From Nannocystales bacterium (GTDB lineage: Bacteria; Myxococcota_A; Polyangia; Nannocystales; Nannocystaceae), in assembly GCA_050633305.1 (NCBI GenBank), contig JBOEGF010000005.1, positions 427,372 through 491,371 of the forward strand: DNA of 64,000 nucleotides. Reading direction: 5' to 3'. Below are positions 1-8,395 of the stretch, piece after piece (the first letter of the stretch is position 1; each line of letters opens with the position of its first letter). The translations under genes and the position numbers were made by a program. A model generated the notes under the pieces. The model saw only the letters and a list, made by a program, of their open reading frames with translations. It was not told the origin of the DNA and ran no database searches.

Positions 1-507
1 ATCATCCTCGATGGCCGCGGCGGTGGGACCGGGGCCGCGCCAGAGGTGTTCAGGCAGAACATCTCGGTCCCCACAATGGTCGCGCTTGCTCGCGCGCGTC
101 GGCATCTCGACCGTCGTGGACGGGGGGATGTCACGCTGATCATCACCGGAGGATTGCGAACCGAGTCGGACTTCGTCAAAGCGCTGGCACTGGGGGCGGA
201 TGGGGTCGCGGTCTCCAACGCCGCCATGCAGGCGATCGGCTGCCTTGGCATGCGGGCCTGCCACACCAACAACTGTCCGGTTGGGATCGCGACCCAGAAA
301 TCCCACCTTCGGCGACGTTTGGAAATCGACAAGTCCGCAGCGCAGCTCACCAACTTCTTCGACACCACAGTCGGTTTGATGAAGGTGCTGGCCCGCGCGT
401 GTGGCCACGAGCACGTCTCGCAGTTCTGCCTCGACGACCTGACGACCTACGATCGCGACCTCGCCTACCTGACCGGCGTGCCCTATGCCGGCGTTGTGCC
501 GTTGTAG
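1..507 (+). CDS. FMN-binding glutamate synthase family protein, C-terminal part (5' end outside window)
   Basis: Open frame from base 1 (IILDGRGGGTGAAP); TGGLRT, KALALGAD and the 3Fe-4S motif GCLGMRACHTNNCPVGIATQ. Confidence 0.9.
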   Translation: MILDGRGGGTGAAPEVFRQNISVPTMVALARARRHLDRRGRGDVTLIITGGLRTESDFVKALALGADGVAVSNAAMQAIGCLGMRACHTNNCPVGIATQKSHLRRRLEIDKSAAQLTNFFDTTVGLMKVLARACGHEHVSQFCLDDLTTYDRDLAYLTGVPYAGVVPL

Positions 508-558
508 CGGGTCCTCCGACGCGGCCCGACCTCTTCCCCAACAAGACGACGTTCCATC

Positions 559-3375
559 ATGTGGACCACCCTCGGAACCATCTCACCTTCGAAACTCGCC
601 GATGCCCGGCTGTCCGTGCACTGGGCCTCCCAGCTCCCCGCTGCGGTGGCTGCGGCTGTGTTGCCCCACCGCGACGACTACGCGCACACCAACCTGGGTT
701 GGGACTCCGCAACCGGAGCGCTGTTGAGTCGAGCTCTCGGCGAGGAACGGGCGGTCTACGCTGGTTTACGCGTCCGAGACCTGAGCTGGGTCGTCGTGGA
801 GAACGGAGAGGTTGTCGCCTCGCTCGACGCCGACGGAAAAACACTGGCGCAAGGGCAAGCGTGGTTCGCGGAGTCGGTGGGGAAGGTCTCGGGAACCGGC
901 ATCCCCTCGTTCCCGCTGTTTGAGCACGACATGCCCGCGGCCGCTGTTGAGGGAGGCGGGGTCTTTGACGCCAAAGGCCAGGCCGCCGAACGTGCAGAAC
1001 TCGCGCTTTGGATCGCCAACGCGCACTTCGTCCTCGAACGATTCGTCCGGGACGACGGGGCTGCTTCGCAGGTGCGGTTGTGGCCTCACCATTTCGACCT
1101 CGCCAGCCTGATCACGCTCGTACAGCATGAGGACGCCGAGCAAGCCAAGTCGGTGAATGTCGGCTTCAGCTTCGGTGACGGGAGCTTTGACCAGCCCTAC
1201 GCATACGTCAGTCCTTGGCCGTACCCGACCGATCGCAACGAGACTCCTGCGCTCGTGCACGGCGCGTGGCAGACCGACGGCTTCTTCGCGGCCGTTGCAA
1301 CTGGGGAAGTGCTTGTCGAGGGGGGAGAAGGACAGAGTCAGCGCACCGAGCAGTTCCTCGCCCAGGCATCCAACCAGAGCCGAGCGATGCTGGGGCTGCC
1401 TTCCGCCCCTCGTCGTAGCGCCAAGCTCGTTTGGTACAAGGCCGCGGAGCCGGAGGAACTCGAAGAAGGACGGGTCAAGAGCGTCACCGCGGGCCACCGA
1501 GGCGTTTGTCTGACGCGGCACGAGGGCTGCTACTCCGCCTTGACCAACGCCTGTCCCCACCAGGGCGGACCGTTGGGAGAGGGGTCCATCGAGAAGGGCT
1601 GGCTTCGCTGCCCGTGGCACGGGTGGGACTTTGATCCGCACACCGGCCAGTCTCCGGGGGCGCTCGAGGATGGCCTCGAGACGTTTGCAGTCGAGGTCCG
1701 AGACGACGGTGTGTACGTCGGCGTGGAACCCGAGGACCCGCATGTGCGCGACGCGTCGGACGTCATGGCTGAGACCATGGTCGGTTGGGGGGTGAAGTGG
1801 GTGTTCGGCATGGTGGGGCACTCCAACCTTGGGCTCGCGGACGCGCTCCGTCGGCGCACCGAGGCGGGCGAGCTGGGGTACATCGGCATCCGTCACGAGG
1901 GCGCTGCATCGTTTGCCGTGTCTGCCTATGGCAAGCTCACCGGACGTCCCGCAGCTTGCCTCGCGATCGCGGGTCCGGGGGCGACGAACCTGCTCACCGG
2001 GTTGTGGGATGCGCATGTCGACCGGGCGCCCGCGCTTGCGTTGACCGGCCAGGTGCAGTCGCAGGTCCTCGGTCGGGGCGCGTTTCAGGAGATCGATCTC
2101 GAGGCCGCCTACGGAGGCGTTGCGCAGTTCCACGCGACGGTTCTGCACGACAGCCCGTTCGCAGAGCTGATGAACCTGGCGTGCAAGAAGTCGATCTTGG
2201 GCCGCGGGGTCTCACACTTGGTCTTCCCGGACGAGGTGCAGACGCTTCCGGTCGGGGACACCCCCGCGGGTGGCCCACAAGGGCGCATGCCCGACCTCCA
2301 TGTCGCTCCTGCTCCTGCTTCGCTCGATGCTGCCGAAGCGGCGCTGAAGGCCTGCAAACGCCCGGTCATCATCGTTGGGCACGGTGCGCGTTTCTCGATG
2401 GATGCCGTGCGGAGCTTCGCGGACGCCTTCGGCGTTCCGGTCGTCACCACGTTCAAAGCCAAAGGACAGATCTCCGACAGCCACCCCTTGGGCTGCGGCG
2501 TCTTGGGGCGCAGCGGCACCCCGGTTGCGAGCTGGTTCATGAACGAAGCGGATCTGTTGTTGGTTCTTGGCAGCAGCTTCAGCAATCACACGGGCATCAC
2601 GGACTACAAGACCATTGTGCAAGTGGACTTCGAAGCGGATGCGCTCGGTCGCAAGCACCCCGTCTCGGTCCCGGTGCTCGGAGAGATCGGTGTCACGCTC
2701 GAAGCGTTGGGCCAACGGATGAAGGGGCACGTTGGCTTCGAGGACCAGCGGACCGAAGTAGCCGAACGCTGGGTGCTTTGGCGGGCCGAAAAGCACAGCC
2801 GGCTCCGCGACGACATGGGCAAGGGGCTGAGCAGCGCCACCATCTTCGATGCGCTCACTCGCCTCGCGCCCAAGGACGCCATCATGGCCGTGGATGTTGG
2901 CAACAACACCTACTCGTTTGGCCGCTACTTCGAGGCCGACCAACACGCGGTGTTGATGTCGGGCTACCTGGGCTCGATCGGGTTTGCGCTTCCCGCCGCG
3001 ATGGGAGCGTGGGCGGCGACGCAAGAGGATGACCCGCGCTTCAACGGACGCAAGGTCATCTCGGTGTCCGGCGATGGGGGACTGGGGCAGTACCTCGCCG
3101 ACCTCACCACCTGGGCCAAGTACGGGATGAACATCACCCACGTCCTGCTCAACAACGGAGAGTTGGGGAAGATCAGCAAGGAGCAGCGAGTGGGGGGATG
3201 GGACGTTTGGGAAACCTCCCTGCACAACCCGAACTTCTCGGAGTTTGCCAACAACTGTGGCGTGCTGGGCATCCGGGTCACAGCAGCAGACGAACTCGAC
3301 ACGGCCCTGGAGGCGGCCCTGGCACACGATGGCCCCGCGCTGGTCGAGGTCATGGCAGACGCGCTGCTGTTCTAG
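559..3375 (+). CDS. Fusion: DUF5996-like N-terminal domain + Rieske [2Fe-2S] + thiamine-pyrophosphate enzyme (pyruvate oxidase/acetolactate synthase-like)
   Basis: LWPHHFDLA...GFSFGD...PYAYVSPWP; Rieske CPH...CPWH; TPP-family IRHEGAASF, GPGATNLLTGL, GDGG...LNN. Confidence 0.85.
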   Translation: MWTTLGTISPSKLADARLSVHWASQLPAAVAAAVLPHRDDYAHTNLGWDSATGALLSRALGEERAVYAGLRVRDLSWVVVENGEVVASLDADGKTLAQGQAWFAESVGKVSGTGIPSFPLFEHDMPAAAVEGGGVFDAKGQAAERAELALWIANAHFVLERFVRDDGAASQVRLWPHHFDLASLITLVQHEDAEQAKSVNVGFSFGDGSFDQPYAYVSPWPYPTDRNETPALVHGAWQTDGFFAAVATGEVLVEGGEGQSQRTEQFLAQASNQSRAMLGLPSAPRRSAKLVWYKAAEPEELEEGRVKSVTAGHRGVCLTRHEGCYSALTNACPHQGGPLGEGSIEKGWLRCPWHGWDFDPHTGQSPGALEDGLETFAVEVRDDGVYVGVEPEDPHVRDASDVMAETMVGWGVKWVFGMVGHSNLGLADALRRRTEAGELGYIGIRHEGAASFAVSAYGKLTGRPAACLAIAGPGATNLLTGLWDAHVDRAPALALTGQVQSQVLGRGAFQEIDLEAAYGGVAQFHATVLHDSPFAELMNLACKKSILGRGVSHLVFPDEVQTLPVGDTPAGGPQGRMPDLHVAPAPASLDAAEAALKACKRPVIIVGHGARFSMDAVRSFADAFGVPVVTTFKAKGQISDSHPLGCGVLGRSGTPVASWFMNEADLLLVLGSSFSNHTGITDYKTIVQVDFEADALGRKHPVSVPVLGEIGVTLEALGQRMKGHVGFEDQRTEVAERWVLWRAEKHSRLRDDMGKGLSSATIFDALTRLAPKDAIMAVDVGNNTYSFGRYFEADQHAVLMSGYLGSIGFALPAAMGAWAATQEDDPRFNGRKVISVSGDGGLGQYLADLTTWAKYGMNITHVLLNNGELGKISKEQRVGGWDVWETSLHNPNFSEFANNCGVLGIRVTAADELDTALEAALAHDGPALVEVMADALLF

Positions 3376-5267
3376 GGGGCTGCGTCTCCTCGCTGGGGTC
3401 TTTTCGCGTTGTCGCCCTCGGCGACGAGCTGGTGTAGGTGCCAGGCCCGTACTGCGTTCTCGCGTTGTGCGGCGTTCCAGGCGGCTCGCGCTCGTCCGAT
3501 GAGAACGACCGGCGTGATGATCAACCCCAGGCTACCGACCGCCAGCACGACAGGGGTAAACGTGGGGTGCAAGCCGGTGATCCCCGGTAGGATTTGGATC
3601 GAGTCCTGCGCAAAAACCGTCTGCGCCGGGATCCAGCCGAGCGCCTCGAGGACAACCGGCCCGAGAATCCCCAGAGCGCTCATCGCCGCGGCCACCAGAC
3701 GCTCACGGCGATAAGGGGACAGGCTGAATGCGACCGCCTGTCCCATGAGGATCGTGGGCAGCAGCAGGTACGGGCCGAAGAGTCGAGTCATGCTCGACAA
3801 GGCGAGCGTGCCCACCAGGATCACCAGCAACGAGTGCGAACGAACATAGCGGTCTTGTCGAGCCGCCCACCAACTGACCCCAGCGGCGGCGACCATCAGG
3901 ACCGTGGAGATGGCGAGCGACATACCGTCGCGAAGCCCCATGAGGAGCAGAAGGGGGACGTAGAACACCCAGGAGATGAAGCCGATCGCACCGTCGCGGG
4001 CGGCAAGGCGCATGTGCTCCTGGTGCAGGGCGTCGATTTCCGTGTCGGCTTCGGGGGGGAGTTCCTTCGGCGGGTGTTCGAGAAGGTCGACCATCGTTGC
4101 GATCGCGTCGCGATTGCTTGGGTCGAGTCCGAGTGCGCGGCCAATGGCTTGCAACGCCATCCCTCGAGCCTCCTCGTCCCCCTCGAGCGCACGCGCGCCG
4201 AGGCCTTGCGCGTGCTCTGCAAGCTCCGACGCGGCGACCCGTCTCAACTCGAGGTTCTGGTCACCGTCCAAGAACGCGGTCAAGGAGGCATGAAGTGCCC
4301 GGGCGCTATGGAAACGATCGCCGGGATCCGTCGCGGTCGCACGGAGACAGATCGCCTCGAGCTCTGGAGGCACGTCGAGGTCCGGGTACCTTCGGGAGAT
4401 TCTGGCGTCGGCACCGTCGATGGTCGCGGCGACGAGCGCTGCACCCGAGTCCCCGGCGTGGAGCTTCTCGAGGGTGAGGGCTTCGAACAGGACCGCGCCC
4501 AGCGCATACACATCGCTGGCACGGGTTGCCTGCTGCCGAAGCTGTTCGGGCGACGCGTAGCCCGGGGTTCCCAAGACCGCGCCGACTTGTGTCTCGTCAT
4601 CGCGACTGGACGGGAGCGAAAGCTCGTCCAGCTCTGGTGCGTCTTCGATCTTTGCGAGGCCCCAGTCGAGGACGTAGACCTCTCCGTACCCTCCGAGCAT
4701 GATGTTGGCGGGCTTGAGATCACGATGGATCACGCCACGCTCGTGCGCGAAGTCGACGGCCAAGCAGACCTGGGCGAACGCATTGAGCAGTCGCCTTCGG
4801 GTGTCGGCTGGCTTGGCCGTCCCCGAACGCATGCGCCGCAAGATCTGGAGCAGGGACTCTCCCTTGACCCGCTTCATCGTGAAGTACGTTCGGCCGTCGT
4901 GTGCGCGCGACAACTCGTACACCGGAACGATCGCCGGGTGCTCGAGTTGGCCTTGGACACGGGCTTCGCGAAGGAACCGTCGGCGTGCGGCGGCGTCGTG
5001 CTCGACTCCTTCGCGGATCTGCTTCATTGCGACCTCGCGGCCGATGACCGGGTCGGTGCACAGAAACACCTCGCCCATGCCCCCACGACCCAGCAGTTCC
5101 CGTCCCTCGTAACGGCCCCCGCGAACGGCGAGGGGCTCGTCGGCGTCCGGGTCGCTCACCGAAGTCGCGGGCGGTTGTGCCGAAAGCGCCCCGAGAGTGT
5201 CGGCTTCCGCCACGTCCGGCACAACCGTCGCGACGTCCGCGGGGGCATCCGGGGTGGGATCCTTCAC
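3372..5267 (-). CDS. Ser/Thr protein kinase with multi-pass C-terminal membrane domain
   Basis: Intact GRGGMG, VAMK, HRDLKPAN, DWG, GTPGYASPE; several hydrophobic helices at the C-terminus. GTG at 5267 preferred (TACGAT 6 nt upstream); ORF extends to 5339. Confidence 0.9.
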   Translation of the reverse strand: MKDPTPDAPADVATVVPDVAEADTLGALSAQPPATSVSDPDADEPLAVRGGRYEGRELLGRGGMGEVFLCTDPVIGREVAMKQIREGVEHDAAARRRFLREARVQGQLEHPAIVPVYELSRAHDGRTYFTMKRVKGESLLQILRRMRSGTAKPADTRRRLLNAFAQVCLAVDFAHERGVIHRDLKPANIMLGGYGEVYVLDWGLAKIEDAPELDELSLPSSRDDETQVGAVLGTPGYASPEQLRQQATRASDVYALGAVLFEALTLEKLHAGDSGAALVAATIDGADARISRRYPDLDVPPELEAICLRATATDPGDRFHSARALHASLTAFLDGDQNLELRRVAASELAEHAQGLGARALEGDEEARGMALQAIGRALGLDPSNRDAIATMVDLLEHPPKELPPEADTEIDALHQEHMRLAARDGAIGFISWVFYVPLLLLMGLRDGMSLAISTVLMVAAAGVSWWAARQDRYVRSHSLLVILVGTLALSSMTRLFGPYLLLPTILMGQAVAFSLSPYRRERLVAAAMSALGILGPVVLEALGWIPAQTVFAQDSIQILPGITGLHPTFTPVVLAVGSLGLIITPVVLIGRARAAWNAAQRENAVRAWHLHQLVAEGDNAKRPQRGDAAP

Positions 5268-5358
5268 CGACGCATCGTAGCGCGTTGGGGCAGCGGTCGA
5301 CTTCAGGTGCGGCCCATGCCCGGAAGCGGTCGATCTCATGCTAGGAATCGCTCACGCC

Positions 5359-7200
5359 ATGACCGATTCGAGCGAAGCCACCGAGCAGACTCCTTCCACA
5401 GGCGCCGAAGAGGTTCGTTGGGACCTTTCAGACCTCTACAAGGATCTGGACGACCCGCAGTTGGACGCGGACCTGGCCGAGTTGGTCTCGATGGCCGAGT
5501 CGTTCTCCACCGAGTACGAGGGCAAGCTCGCCACGAAGCTGGGGGCCTCGCTCGAGAGCCAGGCCGCAATGACCTGCCTCGCCGAGAAACTCATGGTCTA
5601 CCTGTTCCTGCGGCGCAGCACGGACGCGACCAACCCCAAGATTCAGCAGAAGCTCGGTGTTGTCCAGGAAACATGGAGCCGAACCGAGGCCAACCACCTC
5701 AACTTCTTCGAACACGAGCTGGTTGCGATGCCGGAGGAGACCTACCAGGGGTTGCTCTCGAGCGATGCGGTGGTCAAGCGCCACCAATCGATGATCGACA
5801 ACGTGCGCATCAACGGAAAGTACCTGCTCGAGGAAGGGGTCGAGCGTGCTCTGACGCTGCGCGGTCCGTTTGGGCCCTCAGAGTGGTCCGACTACATCGA
5901 CGAGTGGGAGGCTGAGCTGCGGTTCGAGTTCGAGGGGCAGTCGATGATGCTCCCTCAGATCTTGCATGTGATCAGCAATCACCCCGACGGCGACGTGCGT
6001 GACCAGGCTCTGGGTGTGTTCAGCAAGGGGCTGACGGAGCAGAAGTTTGACCGCCTGATGGCGCGCACGCTCAACGTGGTCATCGGGGCGAAGTCGGTGG
6101 AGGACGCCGAGCGGGGCTACGCGAGTCCCATGTCGGCCCGAAACCTCGGCAACAAGATCGACGATGCCACCGTAGAGGCCTTGCACGACGTGGTGGCACA
6201 GACGGGGGCCAAGCACGCCCGCCGCTACTACAACCTGCTTCGTAAGCATCTGGGCCGAGACACGCTGCGCTGGAGTGACCGCAACGCCAAGCTTCCTTTC
6301 GCAGACAACCGTGTCGTGCCTTGGGCAGAGTGTATGGACACGGTGCTCTCAGCCTACGGCTCGTTCAGCCCCACGCTGAAGGGACTCGTCTCCACGATGG
6401 TCGACCGGAAGTGGGTCGACGCGCCGCCCTACGAGGGAAAGACCGGCGGAGCGTTCAACTTCGCCGTGTGCCTGCCAGGAGAAGAGGCGCGGGCCTACAA
6501 CTTCCTCAACTACATGGGCTCGACCCGTGATGTGATGACGGTCGCCCACGAGGCGGGCCATGGTGTGCACGGGATGTTGGCTGCCAATGCTCAGGGCCCG
6601 CTGATGTTCCGTGCACCGATGGCCTACGCCGAAACAGCGTCGATCTTCGGCGAGATGACCACGTTCAAGTACCTGCTCGACCGGGCAGAAACCGACGAGC
6701 AGCGTTTGGTCATGCTCATGGACAAGTGCTCGGACCACATCAACACGGTGGTCCGCCAGATCTCGTTCTCCAACTTCGAGCGCCGTATCCACGACGCACG
6801 CAAGGCCGGCAAGCTGACCGCCGACGACTACGCCGGGCACTGGATGCACGTGACCTACGACTTCTACGGGAAGCCGGGCGACCTCTTCACGTACGACCAC
6901 ACCGAGAACCTGTGGTCGTATGTCAGCCACTTCTTGCGTCCGTTCTACGTCTACGCATACGCATTCGGAGAGCTGTTCACGCAGTCCCTGTTCGCGGTGC
7001 AGGACAAGTTTGGGGACGACTTCGAGGGCATGTACCTCGACCTCCTCAAGGCCGGGGGCAGCAAGGATGCAGTCCAGTTGATGGCACCGTTCGGGCTCGA
7101 CCCACGGGAGGCGTCGTTCTGGAGCGATGGCATCGAGGGCAGCCTCGCGAAGTGGCTCGATGAGGCCGAAACGATCAGCGCCAGGATGGGAGTCGAGTAG
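5359..7200 (+). CDS. pepF: M3B oligoendopeptidase F
   Basis: WDLSDLY N-terminal motif, GKTGGAF, zinc motif HEAGH, AETASIFGE, HF..PFYVYAYAFG. Confidence 0.9.
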   Translation: MTDSSEATEQTPSTGAEEVRWDLSDLYKDLDDPQLDADLAELVSMAESFSTEYEGKLATKLGASLESQAAMTCLAEKLMVYLFLRRSTDATNPKIQQKLGVVQETWSRTEANHLNFFEHELVAMPEETYQGLLSSDAVVKRHQSMIDNVRINGKYLLEEGVERALTLRGPFGPSEWSDYIDEWEAELRFEFEGQSMMLPQILHVISNHPDGDVRDQALGVFSKGLTEQKFDRLMARTLNVVIGAKSVEDAERGYASPMSARNLGNKIDDATVEALHDVVAQTGAKHARRYYNLLRKHLGRDTLRWSDRNAKLPFADNRVVPWAECMDTVLSAYGSFSPTLKGLVSTMVDRKWVDAPPYEGKTGGAFNFAVCLPGEEARAYNFLNYMGSTRDVMTVAHEAGHGVHGMLAANAQGPLMFRAPMAYAETASIFGEMTTFKYLLDRAETDEQRLVMLMDKCSDHINTVVRQISFSNFERRIHDARKAGKLTADDYAGHWMHVTYDFYGKPGDLFTYDHTENLWSYVSHFLRPFYVYAYAFGELFTQSLFAVQDKFGDDFEGMYLDLLKAGGSKDAVQLMAPFGLDPREASFWSDGIEGSLAKWLDEAETISARMGVE

Positions 7201-7359
7201 CTCCACACGAACCGCAACGGCGATCACGCTCTTCTTCGCGGTCTTTGCTCCCGCCATCGGAGCGTGCGGCGATCCACGCCCGCATGGCCCAAAACCCTGC
7301 CGAGTGAGCTTGGCGCATCATTGCGGGCGCGGCACGGGCCAGCCTGCTACGCTTGGGCC

Positions 7360-7527
7360 GTGGTTTCGAAGGTCCTTGCGGCGATCGCTATCTTCGCAGT
7401 CGCGGCGCGCGTGTTCGTGCGCCGCGACTCCGAGATCGCGCGACGCTTCCGGATCTTCGTCAACGTCAGCCTACTGGCCATCCTGGTCCTGTACGCGACC
7501 CGGCTCGTTCAGCTCTACGTGATCTAG
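7360..7527 (+). CDS. Small two-helix membrane protein
   Basis: 55 aa with two hydrophobic segments; TGcTACGCT -10-like element 6 nt before the GTG. Confidence 0.6.
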   Translation: MVSKVLAAIAIFAVAARVFVRRDSEIARRFRIFVNVSLLAILVLYATRLVQLYVI

Positions 7528-7581
7528 GCTCTCGGCGCTGTCGGCCGGGCATGTCTAGTGCTTCTTGGGGCACTCACGCGG

Positions 7582-8340
7582 CTACTCCGCGAACCGGTGT
7601 ACCGGGACCTCCCGATGTAGCCACGGTAGATACCCGTACCGCGCCTCGAGGTCCTCGCCCTCGGGCGGCATCCAGCTGGCCACGACGACTCCGCTGTCGA
7701 GCCCGAGTTGCTCCGCGGGGTCGGAGGGGTTGGAGCGAAACTGCGCGAACTCCAGGTCGCGAAGATGCGGAGAGGCTGCAAGCGCCTCCGCCGACGCTAT
7801 TGTCAGGTGGTTGTCCGCAACGGACAGCCAGCGAAGGTTCGCGGCGTGCGGCGAGTCGGCGACCAGCTGTAGGTGGAGGTCGTGCAGGCCGCAGCCGTCC
7901 ATCCGCAGGGTGCGAATCTTGGCCAGAGCGGCCGAATCGGCGAGGGCCTCATCGACATCTCGTACGGCGCTCAGATCCAGATGCTGCACGGGTGCGAGGG
8001 CGTGGATCTCATCGGCGTGGTTGACGAAGTTCGACGCACTCAGCCTGATGAGTCCGACGAACCCTCGCAAAAACAGAAAACCGTCGATCCAAGCGTCGAT
8101 CCCTTGCGTCCAGACGGAGCCATAGGTGTCCAAAAGCTCCTGGATGCGTTGCCGATTGCTGAGCGAGGCGGGGTTCCTTCGGTCCAGCCCGACTCCATCG
8201 AGCTGTAGGCGAATCAGCTCGCCCCGCGATGTCCAGCTCGGGTCGGTCAGCGCGTCGCACCAAGCCGCATAGTCGAGCCGGGGCGCGTCCTCATCCGGAG
8301 ACGCGAGGACCGCCGCGAGTAGTTCTGCCTCATCTGCCAT
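7582..8340 (-). CDS. TIGR02996 domain protein with LRR-like repeats (putative immunity protein)
   Basis: N-terminal LLAAVLASPDEDAPRLDYAAW...RGELIRLQ, FLRGFV, then LxxLxL repeats. Confidence 0.8.
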   Translation of the reverse strand: MADEAELLAAVLASPDEDAPRLDYAAWCDALTDPSWTSRGELIRLQLDGVGLDRRNPASLSNRQRIQELLDTYGSVWTQGIDAWIDGFLFLRGFVGLIRLSASNFVNHADEIHALAPVQHLDLSAVRDVDEALADSAALAKIRTLRMDGCGLHDLHLQLVADSPHAANLRWLSVADNHLTIASAEALAASPHLRDLEFAQFRSNPSDPAEQLGLDSGVVVASWMPPEGEDLEARYGYLPWLHREVPVHRFAE

Positions 8341-8395
8341 TCGTGGTCATCCTTTCCAAGTTCATCATCGACCCGTTTCGTCTGTCTTCCGCGCG

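Noticed and set aside
3594..5915. 773-aa plus-strand ORF
   Set aside because: Antisense shadow of the kinase gene plus off-frame overlap with pepF; Arg/Gly-rich with no motifs, typical of high-GC DNA
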